From: Leucoraja ocellata
Lineage: Eukaryota
DNA: 64,000 bases
Assembly: GCA_036785375.1 (NCBI GenBank)
Contig: JAWMAR010000391.1
Span: 1,550,001-1,614,000, forward strand
Direction of reading: 5' to 3'
In this document: one piece after another, positions 12,461 through 25,225 of the stretch
Layout: the number at the start of each line of letters is the position of its first letter
Position numbering within the stretch: the stretch's first letter is position 1
Notes under the pieces: model-generated
The model's database searches: none
Seen by the model: only the letters and a program-made list of their open reading frames with translations
Told to the model about the DNA's origin: nothing
Position numbers and translations under genes: made by a program

Positions 12461-15439
12461 AAGAGAGAAACTTTCTAGCCAGTGAAGAAGAATTGCTGAA
12501 TTTAATCAAGAAGTTAATATAGATGGGAACTGCAATCATAGCATTTGAAACTTTAGATTATTTAACTGAAGGGGGCTAATTTTAGGAAATGTAGGAAGGA
12601 TCTGATTGAAGTAAAAAGAATGGCAAGGATAAATTGAACAGAATGATTATTCAGAGAGGAGATAATTCAGGGACAGACTGCATTCTATTCGGGGAAAACA
12701 CATGGGGAAAAAGACAGAACTCACAGAATAATGCTGGTACAGTGTATATGGGGAGATATGACAAATGCCAGCTTGATAGTATAAAGGTGAATGAGGTTAA
12801 ACATTGTCCCAAACACCGGGGAAAACAGAACAACTGGGATAAAAGCATATTGATCAGTGGCTGGCTATCAAAGAAAATGTGTTGGTCTTTTATGGGTTCC
12901 TTGAAAGTAAGAGTGTTGCAGAGGAGCAATAGGTTACAGACGACGATGAAGGTTGAATGGTGAAAGGCAAGTGTGTCTAAAGAACAATTCAGTGGGGGTG
13001 TGGGAGGGAGAGGTGTGTGCATTTGAACAAAGATCATGTTAGAACACAATGTCAGCTGGTGTTGAGGGTGGGGGAGAAGTGACAATGGCTTCATCTTTTC
13101 CTATTTGTGGAAACTAAATGATCCACATAAATACTTTGACAATATTTTCCAGGTTAAATTCAGACTTGGTATTATATTTAATTCAATTTTATAACCAATT
13201 TTCGTTTTATATTCAATTTTCTCCCATTGTTGTACATGTTAGTTTCTCTTTATACATCCTTATTTGCTTATACTTTTGATTTTGGACCTCAAAATTACTT
13301 CACTGAAATATCCATTATATCAACGGCTTTCTTTCAAGTACCTCCTTAGGTTGCTAATGCCAGACTTATGGAGTGAGTGAGTATTTGGGACACCAGCAGG
13401 AGAGGTGGACGTCTTCCGAACAGGGCGCTTCTATACAGCTTCTCTCCCCTCTATTTGAGAGCCAGGCTGCATTGAGCACCGCTGGGAGCACTGAATAGAC
13501 TCACTCACTCACACACTCACGGGGCCAGTGAGGCCAGCTGGCGGCTGCTCGCCCTCCAATCACTGCTATTTCTGTGATCTTCTCCCACACACCCTTTTTG
13601 TTCATTTCTGTCCTGCAAACACTTGTGATATGGTGGGGACTGCCTGTACTCTGCAACCAATTCAAACAGGTGGTCAGTGTTTCTTCCTCCATAACTGGAA
13701 TTTCCAACCTTTCCACTCTTTTTTGTAAACCTTAGCAATTTCCTCTGCATTTGTTGAACTTGCTCTGTGGCATTTACACTCTTTAGTGGTGGCATGGCAC
13801 ATGCAGGTGGACACTCACAGTCATGCAATTGAACCTTGAGGGAGCGCAGGAGAGGGAGAAGGAAGGGGGCTTAGGAATAAAGAAGAGGAGGGGGAGTTGC
13901 AAGTAAATGTGGGATGGAAAGGTTGTGGTGGAGAGGGAACAGGGGACATCATCAGCCACTTTAACAAGGTTCATGCTACTCTTCACAGCACAAATCCTGA
14001 AATTACCTGAATTCTGACTCAAACTCCCTAATTACTTACAGCAGCAACAATCTGGAATTTGATGTAAATTTATAGGCATTAGACTTGAATAGAATATCCC
14101 TTCCACGAGCAATATCTAGAAATAAATCAGGAGCTAACTGGAAGGCTCTATAACAAGGAATTAAAATGCCACCTCTCTCTCTCATTCTCTCACTCACACC
14201 GTGAGGAGAACAATGGCATATTTGGAAAATAGAGGACGATTCAAAATTAAACAAATCAACGAGATCCAGATGCGCTTGAATGCAGACATTTAGTGCGACT
14301 GTTGAGAATATTCCGTATTCCGTTAATGCAGAGAAACCAATTGGTTTAATTTGCTCCAAATCTTTATTCGCATTTTCACAATGACTGAAACTTCTGACAT
14401 AGTGAGGCAGGTGAAGCATTGGACCTATGCCTAATGCCACAGAAGCAGCACGAGCTATGCCTGTGTATGCAATTGTCCACATGACCAGTTCCTGAACGGA
14501 GAGCTGTTGCCATGGAAAAGGGTAGTAATTCGCCAGTTCTGTGTTCAATCATGTGTGCCCGTTAATTTCAGTGCAACACTGGCAGGAATTTAGAATTGAT
14601 GTCCAACTGACCTTTTGTTCAGAGATTCGAAGTGTTGCGCGACTCAGGAAAATGGAAAGGGAGAAAGAAACAATATTGTTGGAAGCACAGAATTTTCCAT
14701 TTCATTTCTATTGATTTCATAATCTCGATGTGGGAAACTTAGGGAGCAGGGAATGGGTAGGGAGGGGGAGCATGAGGGATTGAGGAATGGTGGGGAGCAG
14801 CAGGGAAACAGTGTAAAAAGGGAAGGGAAAGCACCTTTTGATCATTTCCTTACAGTATACCACAATTCTTCTCTTCTCTGTACAAATCCTGAAATTGCCT
14901 GTGTCCCACTGAAACTCCCCATAATTTATGGTTACTTTAAGTTTGCCCTTTGCCAAGGAAGAAATAACTGCCTTCAACATTATACAAATCACAAGCAAGT
15001 AAATAAATCCTTCCTCCCTCACATTGTTCACTGGCCGATAGAGCTGATGCCCTGAGATTTAACAACACAACTTGATGAATTGAAAACTATTCTGTAATCA
15101 AAAATAGCTAACACACGAGTAAGGTTAACAACTTCAAACAGGCGAGCTAGAAATCTCCTCCTTCAGAATGTAAAGCAAAATTACATGCTGAGAAGAATTT
15201 CCATTGTACCTTGATTGGAATGTTCATTTCATTGGTTGCTTATCTATGAATAATATTATCGAATCAACGTCAATCATGCAAGACTAAATTGTTCAAAAGA
15301 ACCGTGTACCATTCAGATTAACAGAGAACTCATGAAGAATTTGTTTAACTGGCACCAGGGAAAGGAGATTAATGTTCCATTTAAGCAGCATGGTTTGCAG
15401 GTAAATTCTACAGAAAATACTCTATTGAATACTGGAAGC

Positions 15440-16870
15440 ATTGATCCATGAGCACATGCGATATCCCTGGCAGATAAAGAGAAAGGACAATCCTAGCAAA
15501 TACATTAAGTATATTAAGAGCAAAAGGGGAACTAGAGAGAGCATAGGATCCCTTAAAGATCAATCTGGGTATCTGTATGTGAAGCCACTGGACGTGGACA
15601 AAATCGGAGGTAAATATTTCTCCTTTTACGATGGAGAAACATAGGAACACAAAAAAATAGTTGGAGGAGTAGGCCATTCGACCCTTCAAGCCAGCACCAC
15701 CATTCAATATGATCATGGCTGATCATCTAAAATCAGTACCCCGTTCCTGCTTTTTCCCCATATCCCTTGATTTCTTTAGTCCTAAGAGCTAAATCTAAGT
15801 CTCTCTTGAAAACATCCAGTGACTTGGTCTCCACTGCCTTCTGTGGCAGAGAATTCCACACATTCACAACTCTCTGGGTTTTTCCTCATCTCAGTCCTAA
15901 ATGGCCTACCCCTTATTCTTAAACTGTGACCCCTGGTTCTGGACACCCCCAACATCGGGAACATTTTTCCTGCATCTAGCCTGTCCAATCCTTTAAGAAT
16001 TTTGTATGCTTCTATAAGATCCGCTCTCATCCTAAATTCCAGCGAATACAAGCTCAAGTCGACCCATTTTTTCATCATATGTCAGTCCTGCCATCTCGGG
16101 AATTAACCTCAATAGCAAGAATGTCCTTCCTCATATTAGGAGACCAAAATTGCACACAATGCTCCAGGTGCAGTCTCATCAGAGCCCTGTACAACTGCAG
16201 TAGGATCTCCTTGCTCCTAAACTCAAATCCTCTCGTAATGAAGGCCAGCATGCAATTTGCTTTCTTCACTGCTTGCTTACCTTCAGTGACTGATGTACAA
16301 GCACACCCAGGTCTCGTTGCACCTCCCCTTTTCCTAATCTGACACTATTCAGATAATAATCTGCCTTCCTGTTCTTACCACCAAAGTGGATAACCTCACA
16401 TATTTCCACATTATACTGCATCTGCCATGCATCTGCCCACTCACCCAACCTGTCCAAGTCACCCTGCAGCCTCATAGCATAGAAGGTCATGGAAGCTTGG
16501 GAATTTGGGGGCGAGAAAAATGGTGTCTTGAAACATATCCACATCGGAAAAAAGGAATCACTGGCAGTCTTAATGCACATCTAGGCGAATACATCCCCAG
16601 GGCCTGACCAAGTGTATCCTAGGACATTATGGAACCCATGGAAGAAATAACTTTGCTCCATCATCGTTAACCATGGGTGAGGTGCAGGAAGACTGGAAGA
16701 TGACTAATGTCCTTTTATTTTAGAAAAGGGCTGCAAGGACAAGCTGGTGAGCCTGACATCAGTTGTTGGGAAAGTTGTTGGATGGGATTTTTGGGGACAA
16801 GATCTACCAGCATTTGGATAAACAAGGATTAGTTAGAGATAGAGAGTACGGCTTTGTGCTGGGAAAGTGC
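15440..16870 (+). mobile_element. Older CR1 ORF2 fragment, split by a younger antisense CR1
   Basis: KDNPSKYIKYIKSKRGTRESIGSLKDQSG at 15441-15634, resuming at 16485 with SPGPDQVYPR and EDWKMTNV-like motifs. Confidence 0.75.
15635..16484 (-). mobile_element. Younger 5'-truncated CR1 LINE (RT C-terminus plus 3' tail)
   Basis: LQGDLDRLGEWADAWQMQYNVEICEVIHFG, LYRALMRLHLEHCVQFWSP and TRGHSLRIRGRPFRTEMR in ORFs 16266-16580, 16075-16269 and 15782-16078. Confidence 0.9.
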
Positions 16871-17255
16871 GTTTCATTGCGATTTTGTGTTCCTTGTTAG
16901 TGTAGGCAACAAATAATAGTGGAGCCAACACTGAACCCTAATGTACTCCATTGTTCACAACTGTTAATCACACACTTCAAAAAATTACACCAGACAAATT
17001 GGTGTCTTCATTCCATGTTGAACCTGCATCTTTGTTCTGATTCTTGATTCTAAATGAATGACAAATTACCCAGTGATATACATCATCGTAACTTTAGACT
17101 GACATTTAATCTTAGAGCTATGTTGTGAAACAGTGCACGCATTAAGAATTTGTGTCATCCCTGGCTTCCCGTTAAATATTTGGCAGGGAGGTGGTGCCTA
17201 TTCATGAAATATTTGTACAAAGTAGTTTCTGTAGCAACAGTTGACTAGTACTTAC

Positions 17256-17379
17256 ACTTTGGTCAGTTAGCGCAGGCAGAACAATCTTTCTTTCTATTAT
17301 GTTCAGAATTATTTTCCAAAGTTCCTTCAGAACCCTTTTTAGAACAGTCTTCTCGCAGATTTTAGCAAACAGTGTCAGG
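17256..17379 (-). CDS. UNC13C: UNC13C-like coding exon 9 in window (124 nt), MHD2 region
   Basis: ttccAG|C CTG...CAA AGT|GTAAGT; [41 protein letters not shown]. Confidence 0.96.
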
Positions 17380-17682
17380 CTGGAATAAAAAGGAAAAATA
17401 TCCACTGTCATCAGACAGTTAAGACATCAAAATACTTGTATTATGCGCCATGAGATCTGCCAGCAGACCATACATATAAAACAGCATCCTATCAGCATCA
17501 TAGTGAGAAAAATGGCTGGCAACGCTGCTTCCTGATAACTCCAATTTAAATGCCAAATTCCCCATGATATTTGCATTTCAATGCAAGCGACGGAGTATTT
17601 CAAGATAGATAACTGTGAAGCTCAGAAAGTCTGGGTCAAATGGTTATCTTTGGGCAGAAGCTTATTGACAGAGACACTTTAC

Positions 17683-17832
17683 TTTTTATCCAGAAGATCC
17701 ATTAAAGGCCTAAGGACGGTTTCTGCGTCAATGGTTGCGCTGTTCCTGTTGGTAGATGAGTTCCCATTTCCTCTCATCTGATATAATTCGAGATTCATCT
17801 GCTTCACGCATTCTTCAATTACGGACTGGAAG
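17683..17832 (-). CDS. UNC13C: UNC13C-like coding exon 8 in window (150 nt)
   Basis: tttcAG|C TTC...AAA AA|GTAAAG; [49 protein letters not shown]; the QMRxNGN..NxNSA.xDAExVLR pattern is what I recall for UNC13C rather than UNC13A/B. Confidence 0.95.
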
Positions 17833-18267
17833 CTGAAACAATTAAGCAGAATCAATGATATAGCCATGCGTGCAATGTCAAAAATCAAAAGATATTAAAA
17901 CATTTTAAATAACTGACATATTATGGGCAACAATACTTGCAGCAAAGTGTTAAAACCATGATTTGACATTCTTCTTTTGTTGTCCTTTACAAAAAAGTAA
18001 AGGCAATGCTGGAAATATGCTTTTAACATAGGAAGTTCAAAAGATGGCAAGCAATGTGGTTGCCAAGTACCAGTACACAGAGGCATTGCGATGTCAGGTT
18101 GGAGATGCCATTTTATAAGAAAAAGCTTTAATGCACATTGTAACGCTAGACCTGAACTTCAAATATCACGCTTAGTGGAAATAAATAACTGGCCAAAAGG
18201 AAGGCAGGCAGAATTTGTCTACTCCACTGCGAAATCTCCTCAAGGTATGCCTACTTTGAAGAAGTTC

Positions 18268-18410
18268 TCCTCCTCTCTCTGGAGACAGTTTTCTCCCCGC
18301 CACCCCCCATCAGTCTGAAGAAGGGTTTCAGCCCAAAACGTTGCCTATTTCCTTCGCTCCATAGATGCTGCTGCACCCGCTGAGTTTCTCCAGCATTTTT
18401 GTGTACCTTA
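18268..18410 (+). mobile_element. Penelope terminal-repeat fragment
   Basis: cagtctgaagaagggtttcagcccaaaacgttgcctatttccttcgctccatagatgctgc, near-identical to 34359-34454 and 62680-62775. Confidence 0.8.
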
Positions 18411-20029
18411 GAATTTTTTTAATGTTGGTTCGCTCAACGTCAATAGGCCATTGAGCAGAGCATTAGCCTGTATCACATACACCGAGGCTTGTGTTGATAA
18501 CCATTCTTTGTGCAAAAAGGATACACAAATAGCAATGTGTTGTTAACCAAGGTTGAGGAAAGAACAGGAAAGCGGGATTAATGAGATAACTCCACCAAAG
18601 AGGCACGTCGCAAACAACAGGCTGCATCTGTGCTGTGTTATTTCATGATTCTCAGTGAGGGGGCATCTAACAGTCTTGAGTGTAACAAACAGCACTCTCT
18701 AGTTGGTACTCTAAATGCCAGATAGATCAAGTGCTCTGGTTCTGGACTGCATTTGATGTCATAATCTTGCTATCCAAAAGAAACAGTAATCTAAGTGTTT
18801 TCTTATTTATTGTAAAGTGATGATTGCAGTGGACTGGGGAGTGGATGTGGAAGCGGAGGGGGAATTAGACAGAGTTTTCCTTTATAAAACATCCCCATTC
18901 AACATTCCACAGCTTTCTCAAAGCTACAGATAATAAAGAATATAACCGTCCAAAAAGTAAATACAATCGGATGGTTTATTATCCCCTAGGGTAAATAAGA
19001 TTTCACATGAGTATTGCTGTCACATCTCACAATTTATCCTTACATAATTTATTGCTACGTGACATTTTTGCACAGAATACATTTCAATATTTTTTTAGCT
19101 TTCCCATCATTTTTCTCTCGTGTACGTCACTTATTACCACAGCAGCGCCTCAAAACAGCCAGCATGATTGTCAATTGCCAATGAGAATTTGGGAAATCCA
19201 CAACTTATGCAAAAGCAGTTTCCTTGGTGACAGCTTGCAAAAATTTTCCTTCAACATTTCTCTTGCTGAAGATGAAATGCCAAATCGATATAAATCTCCC
19301 TAATGTTTTCGACAGAGCAATGTGGAGCACGTATGGCTCAATGAAACAACAAAACATACACTATATTGATTCTTGCGATAAAATGCTTAAAAGGCAATTG
19401 CATTGTTCACATAATGAAACTTTGTCTAAGAGTAAGTCGTATGTCACTTTAATTCTCAGCCCCACTCCCATTTTGGCTGCTACCTCCTGCGCTGCCATAG
19501 CAGGCACCAATGTAAACTAGGAGAACACCATCTTATCTTTTATTTGGGCGCTTTACAATAAACAATTCATTTTCCAACTTTTTATCAATTCCCAATATCA
19601 TGCTGATGTCCCTTTATCATCTTGTTTGTATGCACTGGAATCTTGAGTAAAAAACAAACTTCAGTCAGAAAAAGGGTCTCGACCTGAAAAGCCTCCTGTC
19701 CATTTCCCTTTGTAGATGCTGTGTGGCCTGCTGAACTCCTCCAGCAGTTTGTTTTTTGTTCTATAAAATTGCTCCATAATTGGCAGTCCTCATGCCTCTT
19801 ATCAGCAGCTCTACTTTAACCGATCTCCATCTATTCTTGTGCCTATTCCTCACCCACCCCCCACCACCCACCCCGCTCTGATTTGATAACACCTTTTTAC
19901 CCCTCCACTCTCCCCTCAGTTCTGCGAAAGAGCCTTGACCTGGAACATTAATTGGTTTCTCTTTCCACTGAAGGGATGAGTTCTTCCAGCATTTCCGATT
20001 TTGTTACACACAGGAGACAGAATGTCCAG

Positions 20030-20320
20030 TCGGCATCCACACTTAGTGCCTCCTCATTCTTCTGATATGGACAGTTCATGAGACATTTAAACCAGCTGTG
20101 ACTGGCCTTAAACATACTGGCACTTTCAGAAGATTCATCACCCCTTTCACAGTCTTGCCATGTCAGTCTCACTTTTCCTTGTATCATCGTCAAATTCCAG
20201 GATGTGTACCATTGATTCTTTTAACCTCCTGCTTTTCTTTTACCATCGTTTCCATTACATTATCACCTTTGATGTACTTCCAGAGATAACATTATGTAAC
20301 AACGAAAGTCCTCTTATGTC
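20030..20320 (-). mobile_element. Tigger/pogo-like DNA transposase relic
   Basis: IQGKVR...FKASHSWFKC...EEALSVDA resembles the Tigger/CENP-B-like IQEKA...FKASxGWFxRF...GEAASAD motifs. Confidence 0.5.
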
Positions 20321-20334
20321 CTCACAACACAAAT

Positions 20335-20574
20335 GTTGTCTGGATGGAGTTTGTACGTTCTCCCCGTGACAAGCGTGGGTTTTCTCTGAGATCTTCAGTT
20401 TCCTCCCACATTCCAAAGACGTACAGGTTTATAGGTTAGTTGGCTTGGTAAATGAATAAAATGTCCCTAGTGTGTGTAGGATTGTGTTAATATGCAGGGA
20501 TCGCTGGTCAGCACGGATCCGGAGGGCTGAAGGGCCTGTTTCCACGCTGTATCTCTAAACTAAACTAAACTAAA
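20335..20574 (+). mobile_element. V-SINE (HE1-like), 5' truncated
   Basis: ggagtttgtacgttctccccgtga...agggcctgtttccacgctgtatctc(taaac)n. Confidence 0.85.
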
Positions 20575-21164
20575 GATGGAATGCCAGAGCTCAGGGCAAA
20601 GCAGCAAAAAATACAGAAATATAAATGTACCTCTTTAAATCCTCAATGCACAATCTACCAAGCCAAAGTCAATAAAGAAGAGGCAATAATTCTCAATAAT
20701 TACGTACCTAATTTCAGGTAATGAAATCGTGGGCTGTCAGATTGGAGGTTTACCAGCCATTTTTTTAAATAACAATTCAACTAGAAATGATCTCCGTTTG
20801 TCTCTGTGCAGATACTGCCTGCTCGGTATTTCAAACATTTTCCTCTTTTATTATACAATTAAGGACCTATTCTTCATAAAACCATGGTGATTGTATCACC
20901 GGCCCCATTGTATCTCACCTGTGACAGTGCAGCTTTGGAACAGGCCCTTCAGCCCATGTTATCTTTGCTCAATAGATGCCAAGTTAAACTAATCTATTCT
21001 GCATGCTTGTGACCCATATCCCTCCATAGCCTGAATATCCATGTGCCTACTAAACAGCTCTTAAATGCTACTATTGGATCTACTTCTACATCACCACCAT
21101 CAGCGTGTTCCAGACACCCACCATCACTATGAAATGAAACTCACTCCACACATCTCCTTTTAAA

Positions 21165-21710
21165 GTTTAAGAAGGAACTGCAGATGCTGGAAAAACGAAG
21201 GTAGACAAAAATGCTGGAGAAACTCAGCGGGTGCAGTAGCATCTATGGAGCGAAGGAAATAGGTAACGTTTCGGGTCGAGACCATTCTTCAGACTGATGT
21301 GAGGGTGGGGGGGGGTGGTGCGGAAAGAAGAAAGGAAGAGGTGGAGACAGTGGGCTGAGGGAGAGCTGGGAAGGGGAGGAGAAAACAGTGACTACCTAAA
21401 ATTGTAGAAGTCAATGTTCATACTGCTGGGGTGTAAACTGCCCAAGCGAAATATGAGGTGCTGCTCCTCCAATTTATGGTAGGCCTCACTCTGACTTTGG
21501 AGAAGGCCCAGAACAGAGAGGTCGGATTTGGAATGGGAGGGGGAGTTGAAGTGCTGAGCCACCGGGAGATCAGGTTGGTTATTGCAAACCCAGCGGGTGC
21601 GTTGGGCGAAGCGATCACCAAGCCTACGCTTGGTCTCACCGATGTAGAACAGCTGACATCTAGAGCAGTGGATGCAATAGATGAGGTTGGAGGAGGTACA
21701 GGTGAACCTC
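21165..21710 (-). mobile_element. Penelope-like element 3' end: GIY-YIG endonuclease plus terminal repeat
   Basis: RFTCTSSNLIYCIHCSRCQLFYIGETKRRLGDRF...PVAQHFNS...LEEQHLIFRLGSLHPSSMN (ORF 21392..21790). Confidence 0.9.
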
Positions 21711-21969
21711 CTGAACCTGCACGTAATAAAACGCATGAAAAATCGCGTAAGTGGGACTGGCCCATTAGGCTCCACTTTTATGATATTCATTTAAACGTCT
21801 TACATTATGGACACACCCTCAAAGTAGAATCCTGAGAGACCCATACTTAACGTAAAATTCCCCAAAGTACAAACTTACATCCATACTGCGTTGGAGAAGA
21901 ATCTGCCACACACTTACATAAAACATTGATCGTTCAACTGCATTAATAATTTTTATAACAATGCATTAC

Positions 21970-22058
21970 CTGGTGGCAAAGGTATAGCTCAGTTCATCCA
22001 AGACACCATTGAGATTGGCCTGCGTTTCCTTCAGGAGATTGCTAGCCTCATCATCAAG
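21970..22058 (-). CDS. UNC13C: UNC13C-like coding exon 7 in window (89 nt)
   Basis: ttttAG|CTT GAT...ACC AG|GTAATG; LDDEASNLLKETQANLNGVLDELSYTFAT(S); too short to appear in the ORF track. Confidence 0.93.
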
Positions 22059-24100
22059 CTAAAAATAAATAAAATAATTATTTGTAAATCATCAATCTTA
22101 TTATGAGCTATTATGATGATTTCAAAATGACTAAAGCTTTACATTCAATCTTTGAAAGTGTTGTAATATGAAGAGTATGCAAGGATGAGAACCAATCTTA
22201 ATTGCCATTCTTGGAATAATGTCGGCTTTCAAAATAATTCAGATGAATCTGAATGTTTTACTGGCATTCTCTGTGTAAGTCCAAACGAGTGAATTGAACC
22301 ATTTGGCTTATGGTCTGCTATGTGCCTCTGTGCACATTTCATTACTTTTCGGAGCATTTTCCAAACTGAACAAATATAAAGAAAGTGACACTGATAATGA
22401 TTGTCAATGGAAAATTGGTCAATTCAAATCTGAGTGAACCAACTCTTCAAAGAGAGCAGACCTGTGTCAATTATAGTACATGCTGTAATGTGTGCAAGCA
22501 ATACATGTGGACGGCTTTAATCATCAGCAGTGTAAATGCATAGTCTGCTCAGTATTACTTTGTTTGCATTTATTGAGTTCGGAAAATGCTCGGGTAAGCA
22601 ATGAAATGCACACAGGGTCACCATTATAAATCAAATGGTTCAATTCTCCTGTTTAGACTTACATACAGATGAGCAAAATCTTAAGGGATTTTGTTATTTG
22701 AAAACTGACCTCATTTACCTGCCAAGCAAAAGCAGCATGCACTTTCAAAGCCGATTACTCAATGCATTATCAATCAGGAAGCTTTTAGATGAGTGTCGGC
22801 AGTGCAACAGACCACTCAGATTTAAATCCATTCTATCCTGGATTTAATCTTATACAATGGCTTACCCAACCACAAAGAGCAAAAAAGATCTCCAATTCAT
22901 TTTATTTTTGATATGTAGTACAGCCCTGTAAAATAATCTCAAAATAAATCGTGTATCTTTACTTGCTCAGACACCTTTCTTGCATGTGAAAGATTAACGT
23001 GCTTTACAATGGAAGCCCTTTTCATGTCATCACTCGCTAACCTTTTTATAACCTCATTCCATCATAATAATTATATTTATTTAATCAAGCTTCACTTCTG
23101 GGATTTGCCTGTTGGTTGGTATAATATTCTTAAATGCCAGTATAACCAACGCTAACTATCAGATATTTTAAACAGAAGAACTAGGAGGTAAATTATACTT
23201 TTGCAAAATGACTGTGGCTAAACTGCATGTGTGCCAGGAAGGCATATACTATGTATATGAATGATTCTCATAAACTTGAGACAGATATTATAAAAACACA
23301 AGTTTAGTAACATATCCTTGAAAAAATGAATTTGCAGATATTTGACCATGGATTTTACATGCATATATGGATCTTCTAATTGCTCTGATTTTGACACTTT
23401 TGTACATTTCTTATTGCATAGCAACGTAGTACCTGGGAATTCAATTTTGAGAATGCCTTCCTTCACCATCTACCCACATTCATCAACCATTCTGATCCTT
23501 GAATCTCTGCCTCTTCTTTTCCTCCTTTGTGATTTTTAAAAAAGATTATCTTTAGATTAAACCATTTGCCACCGCCCCCACATGTATTTTTTTACTTCAA
23601 TTTTTGAGTTGACTTCCATGTTGTGACTTAAAATATTTTTCTCACTAAAAAATGGAATGTAAAAGCAAGGTAACATGATTACTGTTGATTTCAAACTAAT
23701 TAACAGCAAAAATAAATCTGATACAAAAGTTTGTACTCAACATAAAATAGCAGGCAATATTATGAATTTCATTTTATTGCTGTTGGGGCTTATATTTCTT
23801 ATCCTTCAGATTGTTCTTTCATATCGAGAGTGAGTTGTTTCCACTCCAGTATAGTTGGTTCTGAGATTGCTGGTAGGTCAGTGTGGGAACTGCAGGCTCT
23901 TCCACACATAGGGTATGAGATAGCTGATGGAGCAGGTAGTAGGGAGCATCACTCCCCACCAGCAGTGCTCCCAGTGCATGAAAGCTGAGATTCTAAATGC
24001 CATCTCCTGTGAGCAGTTGTGGGTCAATGATCCCCAGGAGTCAGTGGGGATGGTCCAGCTCACAGCAGCAGGTGGATGAGCTGAAATCACTACTGCCCAG

Positions 24101-24365
24101 CAATAGACAATAGGTGCAGGAGTAGGCCATTCGGCCTTTCGAGCCAGCACCACCATTCAATGTGATCATGGCTGACCATCCACAATCAGTACCCCGTTCC
24201 TGCCTTCTCCCCATATCCCCTGACTCTGCTATCTTTAAGATCCCTATCAAACTCTCTCTTGAAAGTATCCAGAGAACCGGCCTCCACCACCCTCTGAGGC
24301 AGAGAATTTCACACTCATAGAAACATAAAAACATAGAAAATAGGTGCAGGAGTAGGCCATTCGGC
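24101..24365 (-). mobile_element. Two tandem CR1 3'-tail fragments
   Basis: aataggtgcaggagtaggccattcggc occurs twice (about 24109 and 24339), each preceded by a microsatellite-like tail. Confidence 0.8.
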
Positions 24366-24428
24366 AATCATTTTTTGTAAAGCACTCATTAATGAATTGT
24401 CATAATATCTGCAACTCTAGTGCAATAA

Positions 24429-24675
24429 TTTAGCTTAGTTTAGAGTTTAGAGATACAGCATGGAAACAGGCCCTTCGGCCTGCGCCGACCAGCAATCCCC
24501 ACACATTAACACTATTCTACACCAACTAGGGACAATTTTTACATTTACCAAGCCAACTAACCTACAAATCTGTACATCTTTGGAATGTGGGGGGAAACCG
24601 AAGATCTCAGAGAAAACCCATGCAGGTCACAGGGAGAACGTACAAACTCCGTACAGATAGCACCTATAATCGGGA
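24429..24675 (-). mobile_element. V-SINE (HE1-like)
   Basis: agtttagagatacagcatggaaacaggcccttcggcc...gagaacgtacaaactccgtacag. Confidence 0.85.
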
Positions 24676-25057
24676 GGTGATAAAGTAATTCAAAATCGCA
24701 GACTGAAGTAACTTCCTACTCATTAGGACTTGGAATTCTGGTTGAACTCTGGTAAAAAAAAAAAAAATGAAATGATTCAATTTATTGTCATTGTCAGTGT
24801 ACAGTACAGAGACAACGAAATGCATTGGTAGGGAGTAACATAATGTATACAGGAAAGTTGTTGTGACCTGGAACTCATTGCCTGTTCAGTAATGGAAACA
24901 GCGACCATTTGGAACTTTCAAAGTGCAATTGCTAGAAATTAATTTGTCTACAACTATCCTTATATGTTGGCTGAGCAAAATAGAAAATGTGATTACAATA
25001 TTATATCTGGGCAGGAAAGGTGCAGTGTACCCCAAGTTGGGGTGGAAAACATGCTCC

Positions 25058-25225
25058 TTTAGTTTAGTTTAGAGGTACACCGCGGAAACAGGCCCTTCAG
25101 CCCACCTAGTCCGTACCGACCAGCAATCCCTGTGCACTAGCTCTATCCTACACACTTATCGAAGCCACTTAACCTACACACCTGTATGTCTTTGGAGTGT
25201 GGGTGGAAACTGGAGCAACCGAGAG
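25058..25225 (-). mobile_element. V-SINE 3' half
   Basis: tttagtttagtttagaggtacaccgcggaaacaggcccttc...gtctttggagtgtggg. Confidence 0.8.

Noticed and set aside
10500-13100. Purine-skewed stretches with several 70-150 aa ORFs, possibly a very old L1/Tx1-like element
   Set aside because: Apart from the Rex1 3' end at 12052-12460 and a short CR1-like tail near 11500-11640, I could read no diagnostic RT or endonuclease motif, so no call is made.
13371-13510. 12-bp inverted repeat gagtgagtgagt / actcactcactc
   Set aside because: Low-complexity tetranucleotide repeat with no TSD; not enough to call a MITE.
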